Part shown: piece after piece, positions 17,216 to 26,815 of the stretch
How positions within the stretch are numbered: position 1 is the stretch's first letter
Layout of the letters: every line of letters starts with the position of its first letter
From: Candidatus Methanofastidiosia archaeon
GTDB lineage: Archaea > Methanobacteriota_B > Thermococci > Methanofastidiosales > NM3
DNA: 45,225 bases
Assembly: GCA_016930445.1 (NCBI GenBank)
Contig: JAFGGT010000031.1
Location: forward strand, 1-45,225
Direction of reading: 5' to 3'
Notes under the pieces: model-generated
What the model saw: the letters and a program-made list of their open reading frames with translations, nothing else
What the model was told of the DNA's origin: nothing
Databases searched by the model: none
Program-made: the position numbers and the translations under genes

Positions 17216-19549
17216 TCAGGCCGCGGCCCTAGCCCTTTCCCTATCGCTTATCCAGGCGAGTATCGGGGGCAGAACGAATATCGCACTGACAAATGAGAAT
17301 ATCAGCACCATTCCTGACAACATTCCGAATCTGTAGACCATTGGCATCATCGACATGCTAATTATCAGGAAGGCTCCCGATGTCGTTATTGTTGCCGTCA
17401 GCAGCGCCTTGCCAACGTTCATTATGACGATGTCTATGGCCTCCTCTGTTTCCCTTCCGCCGGATATCTCTTCCCTGAATCTCTCGATTATATGTACCGA
17501 GAAGTCTATCCCCAGGCCCACTATCATGGCCGATATCATTATCGTGAACAGATCGAACTGCCATCCCATGATGTAGAGGAGCAGGAACTCCCAGGATATT
17601 GAAAGGGCAACGGTAAGTATGGCCAAGAACCCATAGACGCTCGAGCGCATTATCAGGCTCACGGCAAGGAAGCATAGGATCATGGCCACTATCGTGGTCT
17701 TTATCTGCGTCTGCATCATCCCTCCCATTATGTCGGACATGATGACAAGTATCCCGGCCGACCGGTAGGTGAGTTCGCTCTCATCGCTGTAGAATCCCTC
17801 TATCTCCGTTACCGCCCGCTCTATGTCCTTGTCAGAGAGCACGTTGGTGTCGATATGGACGATGCTGAGAGAGTTGTAATACTTCGAGAGCGGATTTAAC
17901 ACCAGATACTGGCCTATGAGCCTCTGTGTCTGAGGGTCCATCGCAAGGCCCTGGGCAAGCTGTTTGGCCTCCTGTTCGGTGGCAGGCAGCATGCCGTTGT
18001 TGGCCTGTAGTAGGACGTCCACATATGAGCTTACAGAGTACTCAGAACTAATTATAGGGTCGCCCGATACGTTGGTAATGTCTAGTGAACGGATGCTGTT
18101 CTCCAACTCCAGCACTTCTGCCATCGCCTCAGGTGAGAATATGTCCCCTTCGACAAGCACGTATATCCTGTTTGCCATCGAGCTCTCGAACAGCTCCTCC
18201 ATCTCTGTAGCCACCTGCATCGTACCTATATCGCCCGGCATCATGTCGTTCCAGTTGATCGCCGTTCCGACCTGTGTCGAAAGCCCGAGAGAGAGTACGG
18301 TGACGAGCATTACCGAGAACAGGAGAGGCTTCTTGTGGTGTATGGTCACCTTGACAATGCCATCCATCATCTTCGAGACCCCTCCGGCCAGGACGGAGAA
18401 CTTCTTTGCGTCATCGGCCGATCGTTTCCTATCCCGTATGGTGGTCAGGGCAGGAAGCAGTGTGACGACCAGGAGGAATGCAAAGAATATGCCTATCATC
18501 GCAAGGAATCCGAACTGGCGCATCGGGACAAGTTCGGACACCAGGAAAGAGGAAAAACCGATGATCGTGGTAAGGGCCGATATGAAGACCGCCGTTCCGG
18601 TATTGGACACACAGGCCTTAATGCCCTCATAAACGTCCTTGCCGTTCCTCCTTTCTTCCCGATACCTGAACATTATATGGATCGCGTAGTTAATACATAT
18701 TCCAAGCATCAGGGGTATGAGCGAGACCAATGCCATTGTGAACGGTATGCCCAAAAAGCCCATTGTACCCAATATCCAGAGCATTGCAACGCCGATCGTC
18801 AGATACGGGAAAACAGTATCGGAGATGTTCCTGAATATGAAAAATAGGACCAGCAGTATGAATACGACGGCGATCGACATGAGCACCCTGTTATCCCTGT
18901 TCATCGCCTCCATCATATCAAGCGACTGCGTGTGGTCGCCGGTGATGCCTGCGCTGAGGCCGTTGTCCGCATTGGAGAACTCCTCGACCGCATCCATCAA
19001 TCTCTGGGCGTTCTCGGGGACGCCAGCCTCATTGATATGACCACGGACCTGCAAGGTTATAATGGTGTGCTGCAGGTCCTCGCTCACAACTCTGCCAACG
19101 AATTGGGGTGAGCCAGATGCCTTGTCGGCCGCAAGTATCTGTTCGATTATGATGGGGAAGCTTTCATCGGCCTCCTCTGGCAGAAGTCCCGCCATGAAGA
19201 GATAGTCAAGATAGGACGTGGCCGAATCTATGTATCCCACTAACTGCGGATCTTCCAGCAGGGACTGCTGCAGCCCCTTGATCGCCATGATCGCCTCATA
19301 GGAGGTAATGTCCCCTCTTATCAATATGCTCTCGTACATCTGGCTTCCGTATAGGTCACTGAGAACATTGGTGGCAACCAGTGCCTCATTGTCCGCTGGA
19401 AGATAGGACTCCATGTCCACGTCCTGTTCTATCAACGGTATGCCCGAACTGAATATCAAGGTGATCAACAATATGATCCCGATCACCGAGTACGGCCTCT
19501 TCTCGCAAAGCGCCGATATTGACTTCAAAGGATTATCCATTTTGCTCAA
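17216..19549 (-). CDS. RND-superfamily (MMPL/HAE3-like) transporter
   Basis: Two repeats of TM plus large loop plus 5 TM; GICINYAIH and GLGIDFSVHIIERFREE motifs. Confidence 0.9.
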   Translation of the reverse strand: MSKMDNPLKSISALCEKRPYSVIGIILLITLIFSSGIPLIEQDVDMESYLPADNEALVATNVLSDLYGSQMYESILIRGDITSYEAIMAIKGLQQSLLEDPQLVGYIDSATSYLDYLFMAGLLPEEADESFPIIIEQILAADKASGSPQFVGRVVSEDLQHTIITLQVRGHINEAGVPENAQRLMDAVEEFSNADNGLSAGITGDHTQSLDMMEAMNRDNRVLMSIAVVFILLVLFFIFRNISDTVFPYLTIGVAMLWILGTMGFLGIPFTMALVSLIPLMLGICINYAIHIMFRYREERRNGKDVYEGIKACVSNTGTAVFISALTTIIGFSSFLVSELVPMRQFGFLAMIGIFFAFLLVVTLLPALTTIRDRKRSADDAKKFSVLAGGVSKMMDGIVKVTIHHKKPLLFSVMLVTVLSLGLSTQVGTAINWNDMMPGDIGTMQVATEMEELFESSMANRIYVLVEGDIFSPEAMAEVLELENSIRSLDITNVSGDPIISSEYSVSSYVDVLLQANNGMLPATEQEAKQLAQGLAMDPQTQRLIGQYLVLNPLSKYYNSLSIVHIDTNVLSDKDIERAVTEIEGFYSDESELTYRSAGILVIMSDIMGGMMQTQIKTTIVAMILCFLAVSLIMRSSVYGFLAILTVALSISWEFLLLYIMGWQFDLFTIMISAMIVGLGIDFSVHIIERFREEISGGRETEEAIDIVIMNVGKALLTATITTSGAFLIISMSMMPMVYRFGMLSGMVLIFSFVSAIFVLPPILAWISDRERARAAA

Positions 19550-19868
19550 CTCCGCTCTCTGTAGAAAGTATCTCGTCCAGTATGTCCTTGAACTTCAGAA
19601 GGTACCTTCTCATGCTTAACATCTCGCTGTCCAGTTTTCCCATCCCCTTCTCCGTCAGGGAGTATATCGTCTTGTTTCTGGAACCCTTGGCGCCTACAAG
19701 ATATTTCTTTGACTCCAGGTTCCTCAGGGTCAGATAGAGCACTGCATGTGAGAGCTTCTTCAGTTCAAAGAACTCCTCAAGCTCCTTCATGATGTCATAC
19801 CCACACTTTGGGCCCTTTTTGGTCGTCCAAAGGATATAGAACTCCAAGAGCTTCTTTCCAGTAATCAT
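19533..19868 (-). CDS. PadR-family transcriptional regulator
   Basis: GYDIMKEL, LYLTLRNLESKKYL and YSLTEKG. Overlaps the RND gene start. Confidence 0.9.
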   Translation of the reverse strand: MITGKKLLEFYILWTTKKGPKCGYDIMKELEEFFELKKLSHAVLYLTLRNLESKKYLVGAKGSRNKTIYSLTEKGMGKLDSEMLSMRRYLLKFKDILDEILSTESGVEQNG

Positions 19869-19881
19869 ATGTATCACATTC

Positions 19882-19906
19882 TAACATGTTATTTTTTAAC
19901 ATGTCA
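19882..19906. promoter_or_regulatory. Candidate PadR operator
   Basis: Palindrome TAACATGTTA (19882-19891) and near-copy TAACATGTCA (19897-19906) just upstream of padR. Confidence 0.55.
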
Positions 19907-19989
19907 TTATATAGAATAAAAATCTTTTCTTTTCTATTTCGTGTATGGCGAATTCGCCTTCAACGATAGCAAAAAAGGGCCAAGGCCCT

Positions 19990-20553
19990 TCAGAAGGACT
20001 TGACTATCCACTGAAGGTTCTTGAACTTGCCATCCTCATGGCTGTCCAGCATATAGAAAAGTATGCTTTCAGTCGCCTCTATCACTACGCCTGCCTGGCG
20101 CATCCTCTCAATGGCCAGTTCCCGATCGAGGGATTTCCTGGAATCTATCGCATCACCCGCGACGAAGACCTCGTATCCCGCGTCCAGGGCGTCGAGAGCG
20201 GTCTGATTAACGCATACTTGGGCCTCGATCCCACAGATTATGATCTGCCTTTTCCCCTTTCGGGCCAAAGTTTCCTTGAATACCTCGTCCTTGAAACAGG
20301 AGAAGGTGCTCTTCTCGATATAATCATGCTCGCCAAGTATCATGTATATGTCATCGATGGTCTTGCCCAGGCCCTTGGGATACTGCTCGGTAACGATCAG
20401 CGGTATTCCAAACTCCCCCGATGCCATTGCAAGCTTCTTGATGTTGCTTGCCAATACGTCCTTTCTATCAAGGACCGGTAGGAACTTCTCCTGAACGTCG
20501 ATTATCACGATGACACAGTCGTCTCTTCTTATCCTTGGGACCAATTCACTCAC
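19990..20553 (-). CDS. Isochorismatase-family cysteine hydrolase (ISOC/YcaC-like)
   Basis: IIDVQEK, TEQYPKGLGKT, KSTFSC and GIEAQVCVNQT. Confidence 0.9.
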   Translation of the reverse strand: MSELVPRIRRDDCVIVIIDVQEKFLPVLDRKDVLASNIKKLAMASGEFGIPLIVTEQYPKGLGKTIDDIYMILGEHDYIEKSTFSCFKDEVFKETLARKGKRQIIICGIEAQVCVNQTALDALDAGYEVFVAGDAIDSRKSLDRELAIERMRQAGVVIEATESILFYMLDSHEDGKFKNLQWIVKSF

Positions 20554-20965
20554 CCAAAACGGATATCTTCAATGCGCGCTCCCTTGGCCTATTGTCCAAT
20601 TCTATGTAGACGATCTTTTGCCAAGCGCCAAGATAGAGCGTGCTGCTAGTGACAGGGACAACGATGGAAGGCCCCAATAGTACTGAGCGTATGTGTGAGT
20701 GGCCATTTCCGTCCTGCCATTTCTGATGGTGGTCGTAATCGGCCCCCTTTGGGACCAGGCTTTCGAGCGTTCTCTTTATATCATTGACAAGGCCGGGTTC
20801 GTACTCCATGATGGTCGTGGCCCCCGTAGTCCCGACCACGAAAACGTTGACGAGTCCCTCCTTGACGCCCGATTCCTTAACTTCCATCTGCACCCTATCC
20901 GTGATATCGATAATATCGAGCTCGGAGGTCTTTGGTAACACGATCCTTTTGCTGTAGACCTTCAT
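20546..20965 (-). CDS. yjbQ: YjbQ/UPF0047 family protein (secondary thiamine-phosphate synthase)
   Basis: DITDRV, EYEPGL, NGHSHIRS, LGAWQ and ELDNRPR. Likely start at MKVYSK (20965). Confidence 0.88.
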   Translation of the reverse strand: MKVYSKRIVLPKTSELDIIDITDRVQMEVKESGVKEGLVNVFVVGTTGATTIMEYEPGLVNDIKRTLESLVPKGADYDHHQKWQDGNGHSHIRSVLLGPSIVVPVTSSTLYLGAWQKIVYIELDNRPRERALKISVLGE

Positions 20966-21100
20966 AAAAACACCATAATGATTCTCCATGGACAAGATAT
21001 AAATCTTTTTAGAATAGTAGAACGAATATTTGTCCATAGAAATGCTTAGAAGTCCTTGAATAAATGTGCCGATAAGGGCACAGATAACTATCGTTTGGGC

Positions 21101-21253
21101 TTACAGCAATTCTCTTTCATTCTTAAGCTTTTCAAGTACGGCCTGATAAAGAAAATCCGATTTGGTCTTATAATATCCCTTTTTGACCAACATCTCAATC
21201 TGTTTTTCTATCTCAGGTGGGACACTGGTTCCAAGCGTCCTGTTAACTCTCAC
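21101..21253 (-). CDS. Ribbon-helix-helix (CopG-like) small regulator
   Basis: TLGTSVPPEIEKQIEMLVKKGYYKTKSDFLYQAVLEKL fits the RHH pattern. GTG start at 21253 inferred from the GGTG-rich upstream sequence. Confidence 0.8.
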   Translation of the reverse strand: MRVNRTLGTSVPPEIEKQIEMLVKKGYYKTKSDFLYQAVLEKLKNERELL

Positions 21254-21472
21254 ACCCACCACCAATATATTATAACATATGCTCTCCTTAATTAACTTTT
21301 CTAAAAAGTGGCAATTCGTAGCTAATTTGATGGATATTTCCCCCATTTTCCCGAGGAATGTCCGCAAGCGATGAGACTCGGTGCCTCCTACTCTCCTAGA
21401 GGCGTTCCAAAGGATGCGCAGAATATAAAAAGTGGGCCCAAAGTGCTATTCAATAAAAAAAGGAGGGGGAGC

Positions 21473-21727
21473 CTATCCCCCAAGTCCGCTTAGCGCCCTG
21501 TATCCCTTCTCATTCAGCCCCATTATGAACGTAGGGGAGAAGCTCTCAAACGCATATGCATAGCCCTGTTTAACCAATGCCTCGGCATATGGCTTTATCT
21601 CTTCGACCGGCACGCCGAGTGCCGCCCTGAGCCTGCTCGATGCGACAAGATATATTGGATCCTTCTTGTATTGCTCTACAAGAATCTCCTGCATCTTTTC
21701 TATCTTCTTTTCATTCATAGAAGCCAC
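21473..21727 (-). CDS. Small hypothetical protein, possible winged helix
   Basis: GAGGTG precedes the second Met (21718), which may be the true start. The helix-helix-LVKQGY...LNEKGY pattern resembles a winged helix. Confidence 0.6.
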   Translation of the reverse strand: MASMNEKKIEKMQEILVEQYKKDPIYLVASSRLRAALGVPVEEIKPYAEALVKQGYAYAFESFSPTFIMGLNEKGYRALSGLGG

Positions 21728-21796
21728 CTCTAAATAATATGATATCTTATAATATATAAATTTTATGTATAAAATTCTATAATAATTATAATATAA

Positions 21797-21874
21797 TGAA
21801 TAATATTCTGAAAATAGAAAATATATATCATTAATTATTATTTAAAATTCAATAGAAAAATAGAATATTATTCA
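21797..21874. repeat. Perfect 13-bp inverted repeat in an extremely AT-rich spacer
   Basis: TGAATAATATTCT (21797-21809) and AGAATATTATTCA (21862-21874). Confidence 0.7.
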
Positions 21875-21883
21875 AGAAAAGAT

Positions 21884-24800
21884 TTAAGGAGCAAAATCCG
21901 CCAGTGTCATCTGCTGGACCTTCTCCATGAACACCGAATTGAGCTCGCTCTCTATGACCTCTATGCGTTGGGCGATGTATGGGTCTATGTTATACCGTCG
22001 TGCTATGTCCTTGCTGACCTGAAGGTATTTCTCGACAGATCCCTTTGAGACCGTCAACACCAATCTGCCCCCGTGACACTTGTTGCACCTTCCGGACAAT
22101 GGCAGGCGGCGAAATATGGTGTTGCAGTTGACGCACCTGAAGGATTGCTTAGCGAAGGAATGAAGATTACCTATCATATCGGGTATGAAGTGGGAGACTA
22201 TCACCCTCTGGGCAGTGTCGTCAAGGTCCACCGCCCTTATCTTCCTCGCAAGCTCGAGCTGTGATTCAATCTTGTCGGTCATTGCGCCCAATGTCTTGTA
22301 TGCCGACGCCCATGGCCCGTCCGCTATGTCCCTGGTGGGCAGGGTGTAATAGAGGTCGTGGAATGCCCGCTCAGATCCAAGCCTGCCTGAAACTGTTGGA
22401 AGGTCTATCTGGGAAGGATGTATGAACTCCTGGGTCTTCTCGTAGAACTCTATGGGGTACCTCGAGGATATGTCCAGGTTGTGCACCTCTTTATCGATCT
22501 CCTCAGGGTCTATCCTCGTTGTGAGGACGAGGGGCGCATCCATCTTGCCTCCACGATGCTCCGGTAGGAACTGCCTGGAAAAGTTCAGCAAGGCGTCCAT
22601 AAGAAGCATTATTGCATCCTCGTCGCCGTCACAATTGCGTCTCTTTGCGGCATGGAAGAAGGGGTGCGCATAACCGACCTTGGCCCCTGTATAGCCGATT
22701 ATCCTGCCCAGCACTCCGGCAGAGGTGTGGGGGGCCAGGCCTATGACGAGCTTTCCGAAGAGGTCCTCTCTCGACGAGACATTGTAAAATCTCGGGAGCC
22801 CATAGTACCGTTCCAGAAGATCGTCTATGAATCTGCAGCATTGTGCCAGATAATCGGCAGCGTTGTCTGATAGGACTATGTCCTGCACCTTAAGCTCTAG
22901 GACCTGGTCGTCATCCTCGAGCCTCCTACCATATATGTCCGTGGTATAGCCCATCGAAAGCAGGGTGGAAACATTGGAGTTGACCTCCCTAGGCACGAAA
23001 TGGGTGAGCGGGACGTCCGTGGCATCGAACCTCATCGTGCCGTCCTTGAAGACTGAGACGCCGTTTATCGAGCGAAGGATGGCCTTTTCAAGAGGTTCGG
23101 GGAACTTGTCGGCCGATATCATGCCTATCACGCCCTTCACCTCACTGGGCAGGCTGACAGCAAGGCCTTCAACGGCCCTTTCCATCTCGGTCTTGATGTC
23201 TATATCCTTGTAAGAGTAGGTATGGAGCCTCTGCCCGCAGGATTCGCAGTCATTTCTGTCGCTGTCGAACAGCTTGTGGCCGTTCCGGTTGCAACGCCTG
23301 TTGTTGCATATCCTGTATGGCAGAGTGGCGCCGCCGCATTTCGGGCATTTCAGTCTGTATGTCCCCAGATTGCATGAGCCACAGTATCTGTTGGAAACCT
23401 CGACGCGGATGTAGTTGTTGCCCATGGCCTTTACGATCGACCTAGTCTTTCCACCTGCGTCGCCCACAGGGAAGAGCCCGTGCACCATCGGCGACATGCT
23501 CCTCTCCTTGGCCTTCTCGGGCCTGCCCATCCTTCCGCCTACCGTATAAGGACACTTTTGTCTCAGCTTTATACCTAGGGTGGCGCTCACCACTTCCAGG
23601 ACCAGCTCCTTTTCCTCCTTGCCTTCCTTTGAGATAAGGGGGAATACCTTATCAAAACGCACTGGGTCCGTACATCTTTTGAAGGTCTCAGATTCTATGA
23701 TTATCCTGTCCTTTTCAACCATATGGGGGAGGCATATCCTTTCCAAGAGGCCCTTGTTCGGGCCCTTCTTCAATATCAATCTTCCTTTCTCTATTATGGC
23801 ATCCTCCCTCCACCTCACCAAGGCCCTCAGGTCCTCGAGGTCGATGTCCTCCCAATGGTATGTGAACGAGGGATGCAAAGGTATCTTCAGTTCCTCTGAG
23901 ATCCTGAGAGCGTCCTTTTCGCCGATGTCGAAAGGATTGTCTATGTATCTATCATGCCTTTCCCGTCCGCCCGCCGCCTCTAGTTCCTGCACCCACCACT
24001 CTTCAACGTATCCGGAAGGTAGAAGTGGTTGGTTGTTCTCAAGGAACTCTCCATATCCTATCAGGGCGTCGCCGAGAAAGAGGATCTCCTCGACCTTGCC
24101 AACGATCTCCTTGGCCTGTTCCGAGGTCTCAACCCTCACAACGCTGCCGTCCTTCAGCTTGACTATCGGTCCCTCGATGGAATCTACTGGCGCGGTGACG
24201 TTCGCCTTGCCAGGCCGCTCGGTCTTCATCTGGGTCCCAACTGCCAAGAACGAGTCAACGATGAACATGGTCGCCGGGTGGATCCCCCAGCCCGCAAATC
24301 CGGTGTTCCTCGACCTACCGTACCTGATCCTGAAGCCGCCTCTGGCCATGGGATGTGAAAATATCGGCCTTCCAGCGATGATATCGGAGAGATACTTCCA
24401 GTTGGGTGCCACTTCCTTCTCTTCCACCACCTTGGTTTTTTTATTCAGACCAACGTTCTCTAGCCACTCCCATCCCTCAATGGAATTGCTCTTTGTTATC
24501 TTTAGTATCTTCGAGGACTTTTGCAAAATGCCTTCGCAGAGGGCGAGCATGGCCCCGCCTCTCAATTTGTTGGTCTCGATCCTTGGCAGGTCCCGGTGCC
24601 CGGTTATCTCAACATCGTCTGTCGTCTCGCCTGTGATCTCAACGCCTATCTTGCTCAGCGCGAGCCTGATCTCATCGGGCGAAGGCCGGTACTGAAGCCT
24701 GACCGTCCTGTTGTAGAGGTCCGCCTCCTCGATGAATCTCTCGATCTCATCGGAAGTGACCTTGTATCTGTTCAAATGAAGCTTCTGGCTGACATAATCT

Positions 24801-25270
24801 GCGATCAGGACCGCCAATGCCGCCGCAGTGCCCCCTGCTGACCGGATGGGGCCTGCAAAGTATATGGCAAGGTATTTTGTCCCATCGAAGTTGTCCCTTA
24901 TCTTGACCCCGGCTATGCCTTCCAGCGGAGCGGACACTATGCCCTCGGTAAGGACCGCCAATGCCGATCTCACTGCCTGTTCCGCGGCCTCTGACTTTTC
25001 CATCTCAGACCCGCCCTGGCATATCCTGGCCGCGACGTTGAGCGCAACTGTTTCCCTGGACATTCCGCTCTCGTCCAGTTCGCGGATGACCTTGGCTATG
25101 CCTCTCGGGCCGACAAGGCTCTCTACCCTGCTTGCCATGTCCTGGGCCAATGGGATCTCGACCTCGTAGGATGGGTCCTTTCCAAGTGCCCTGGCCCGCT
25201 GGGCAACCGAATAGGCTATATCAAGCTCCTGTTCGAGCATGGTAAAGTAGGAATCGTATCTGGCGCCCAT
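21884..25270 (-). CDS. polC: DNA polymerase D large subunit DP2, no intein
   Basis: AGPIRSAGGT, GGFRIRYGRSR, GRMGRPEKA, catalytic HAAKRRNCDGDED, Zn fingers, and C-terminal PIP-like QMTLADF. Confidence 0.98.
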   Translation of the reverse strand: MGARYDSYFTMLEQELDIAYSVAQRARALGKDPSYEVEIPLAQDMASRVESLVGPRGIAKVIRELDESGMSRETVALNVAARICQGGSEMEKSEAAEQAVRSALAVLTEGIVSAPLEGIAGVKIRDNFDGTKYLAIYFAGPIRSAGGTAAALAVLIADYVSQKLHLNRYKVTSDEIERFIEEADLYNRTVRLQYRPSPDEIRLALSKIGVEITGETTDDVEITGHRDLPRIETNKLRGGAMLALCEGILQKSSKILKITKSNSIEGWEWLENVGLNKKTKVVEEKEVAPNWKYLSDIIAGRPIFSHPMARGGFRIRYGRSRNTGFAGWGIHPATMFIVDSFLAVGTQMKTERPGKANVTAPVDSIEGPIVKLKDGSVVRVETSEQAKEIVGKVEEILFLGDALIGYGEFLENNQPLLPSGYVEEWWVQELEAAGGRERHDRYIDNPFDIGEKDALRISEELKIPLHPSFTYHWEDIDLEDLRALVRWREDAIIEKGRLILKKGPNKGLLERICLPHMVEKDRIIIESETFKRCTDPVRFDKVFPLISKEGKEEKELVLEVVSATLGIKLRQKCPYTVGGRMGRPEKAKERSMSPMVHGLFPVGDAGGKTRSIVKAMGNNYIRVEVSNRYCGSCNLGTYRLKCPKCGGATLPYRICNNRRCNRNGHKLFDSDRNDCESCGQRLHTYSYKDIDIKTEMERAVEGLAVSLPSEVKGVIGMISADKFPEPLEKAILRSINGVSVFKDGTMRFDATDVPLTHFVPREVNSNVSTLLSMGYTTDIYGRRLEDDDQVLELKVQDIVLSDNAADYLAQCCRFIDDLLERYYGLPRFYNVSSREDLFGKLVIGLAPHTSAGVLGRIIGYTGAKVGYAHPFFHAAKRRNCDGDEDAIMLLMDALLNFSRQFLPEHRGGKMDAPLVLTTRIDPEEIDKEVHNLDISSRYPIEFYEKTQEFIHPSQIDLPTVSGRLGSERAFHDLYYTLPTRDIADGPWASAYKTLGAMTDKIESQLELARKIRAVDLDDTAQRVIVSHFIPDMIGNLHSFAKQSFRCVNCNTIFRRLPLSGRCNKCHGGRLVLTVSKGSVEKYLQVSKDIARRYNIDPYIAQRIEVIESELNSVFMEKVQQMTLADFAP

Positions 25271-26803
25271 TCAACCACCGAAGTTCATGACCACAACGCC
25301 ATGCGATTTTAGATTGACGATAGGTACCTTGGCAACGTCCGGATTGATGTTCCTCAGACGCTGGAACTCGGTCTGCGACTGCCATCCGCCCGAATTGAGA
25401 AGCGTTATCCCCCTGTAAGCGCCCTTCCCATTGATATGTGTGTGACCTGTATGGAATATGTCCGGTGCCTCGTCTATGCATAGGAAATCTGTTGGTTCTG
25501 GGATTATCTGGGTTCCAAGCCCATAGTTGGGTGCCAGGTGTCTTTTCCTAAGCATCTCGGTCATGGGTTCTATGGGGCTGTCCAGCGTGAACCCCGGTAT
25601 CTGGGAGAAGAAATCGAACATCGAATCGCCATGGTAGGTCAGGCATTTCACGTCGTGCAAGGAGTAGAAGGAGGGATTGGAGAGCATGTGGACATTGCTC
25701 ATGTTGTATAGGTCGTATGCAAATGACTTCGGGATCGGGAGCTGGGGATTTCCCCCCCTGGTCGCATCGTGATTTCCTGGCAGAATGAGTATCTCGATCC
25801 AATCCGGCACGAACTGTAGCAGCCTCGCGGTCTCTTCGTATTGTTTGTAGATGTCAGTGATCTTAAGCTCCTTCTCCTGATTCGGATATATGCCTATCCC
25901 ATCCACGATGTCTCCCCCTATCACAAGGTACTTGACCTTCGAGGCCAATTCCTGCTGCTTTTGATTCCCCGTGTCCTGCCTCAACCATTTGATGAATCTC
26001 AAGAAGGACTTCTCCGCGAACTCATTGCTGCCAACATGGGTGTCCGAAGTGAAGATGACATTGATGTCCTCTTCCGAGCAATTGCGCGGAGTCCCTAAGG
26101 ATATGTCTGGGAATTGGAAGTCGTTCGCGAATATGACGTCCTCCCCAAGCACTCCCTCTACCCCGATCACCTCGTCTCTCACGATGTAGTTCGCCCTCTC
26201 TCTCAGACGGTCCTTGCTTCCCATTATAAGGACCCGGATCTGGCCGCTGAGGTCCTCAAGGTCGACTATCACATTGCCATTCCTCGTGATGCTCTTGTCC
26301 ACCACCATGCCGACGACCTTCACATGTGACTTGAGCTCCTGGTCCTTGGCCCCCTTTATGGGTATGAAGTCCCTAAGTTCGGCGTGCTCCTTGAAGATCT
26401 TTGAAAGCCTCTTGTATCTGTCCTTGAACAGGGACAAGAAATCATCGAAGGTCCCCTCGGAATCGCTCTTCCCTGTGGCATCCCTTATTATCTTGATATC
26501 TGGAGAAACATCCTTTGCAGGATGGTGCTTGGATGTTATCGACCTCTTTGGGGCGCTCTCTTCAGGCCCCTCTGAAGCGTCCTTTGCACCGTTGGCCTCG
26601 ATCTTAGGATAGAAGAAGTCCTCGTAATCGTCCCTTGTCACCAAGAAAACCTGATTGTCCAATAGGGTCTCCAAGAATTCGGCCAGGAGATCCTCCCTTA
26701 TGCCGTCCTCTAGGAACTTAATGTAGGCCTCTTCGGTCAATATAAGGCCCTTCTCTATGAATCTTTCAGGAAGATTCACCCTGCATGAGCTCACTGCAGC
26801 CAT
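25271..26803 (-). CDS. polB: DNA polymerase D small subunit DP1 (3'-5' exonuclease)
   Basis: OB domain plus calcineurin-like motifs SDTHVGS, GDIVDG, PGNHD, YHG and GHTH. Confidence 0.97.
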   Translation of the reverse strand: MAAVSSCRVNLPERFIEKGLILTEEAYIKFLEDGIREDLLAEFLETLLDNQVFLVTRDDYEDFFYPKIEANGAKDASEGPEESAPKRSITSKHHPAKDVSPDIKIIRDATGKSDSEGTFDDFLSLFKDRYKRLSKIFKEHAELRDFIPIKGAKDQELKSHVKVVGMVVDKSITRNGNVIVDLEDLSGQIRVLIMGSKDRLRERANYIVRDEVIGVEGVLGEDVIFANDFQFPDISLGTPRNCSEEDINVIFTSDTHVGSNEFAEKSFLRFIKWLRQDTGNQKQQELASKVKYLVIGGDIVDGIGIYPNQEKELKITDIYKQYEETARLLQFVPDWIEILILPGNHDATRGGNPQLPIPKSFAYDLYNMSNVHMLSNPSFYSLHDVKCLTYHGDSMFDFFSQIPGFTLDSPIEPMTEMLRKRHLAPNYGLGTQIIPEPTDFLCIDEAPDIFHTGHTHINGKGAYRGITLLNSGGWQSQTEFQRLRNINPDVAKVPIVNLKSHGVVVMNFGG

Positions 26804-26815
26804 GATCCTGCCTCA

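Noticed and set aside
21728..21883. dif site
   Set aside because: No 11-6-11 Xer-type arrangement was recognised, and the site lies close to oriC rather than opposite it.
23580..24695. 371-aa plus-strand ORF
   Set aside because: Antisense shadow of polC with Ser-rich, non-protein-like composition. The same applies to other antisense ORFs such as 1398..2195, 6200..6982, 17964..18632, 19945..20481 and 38069..38821.
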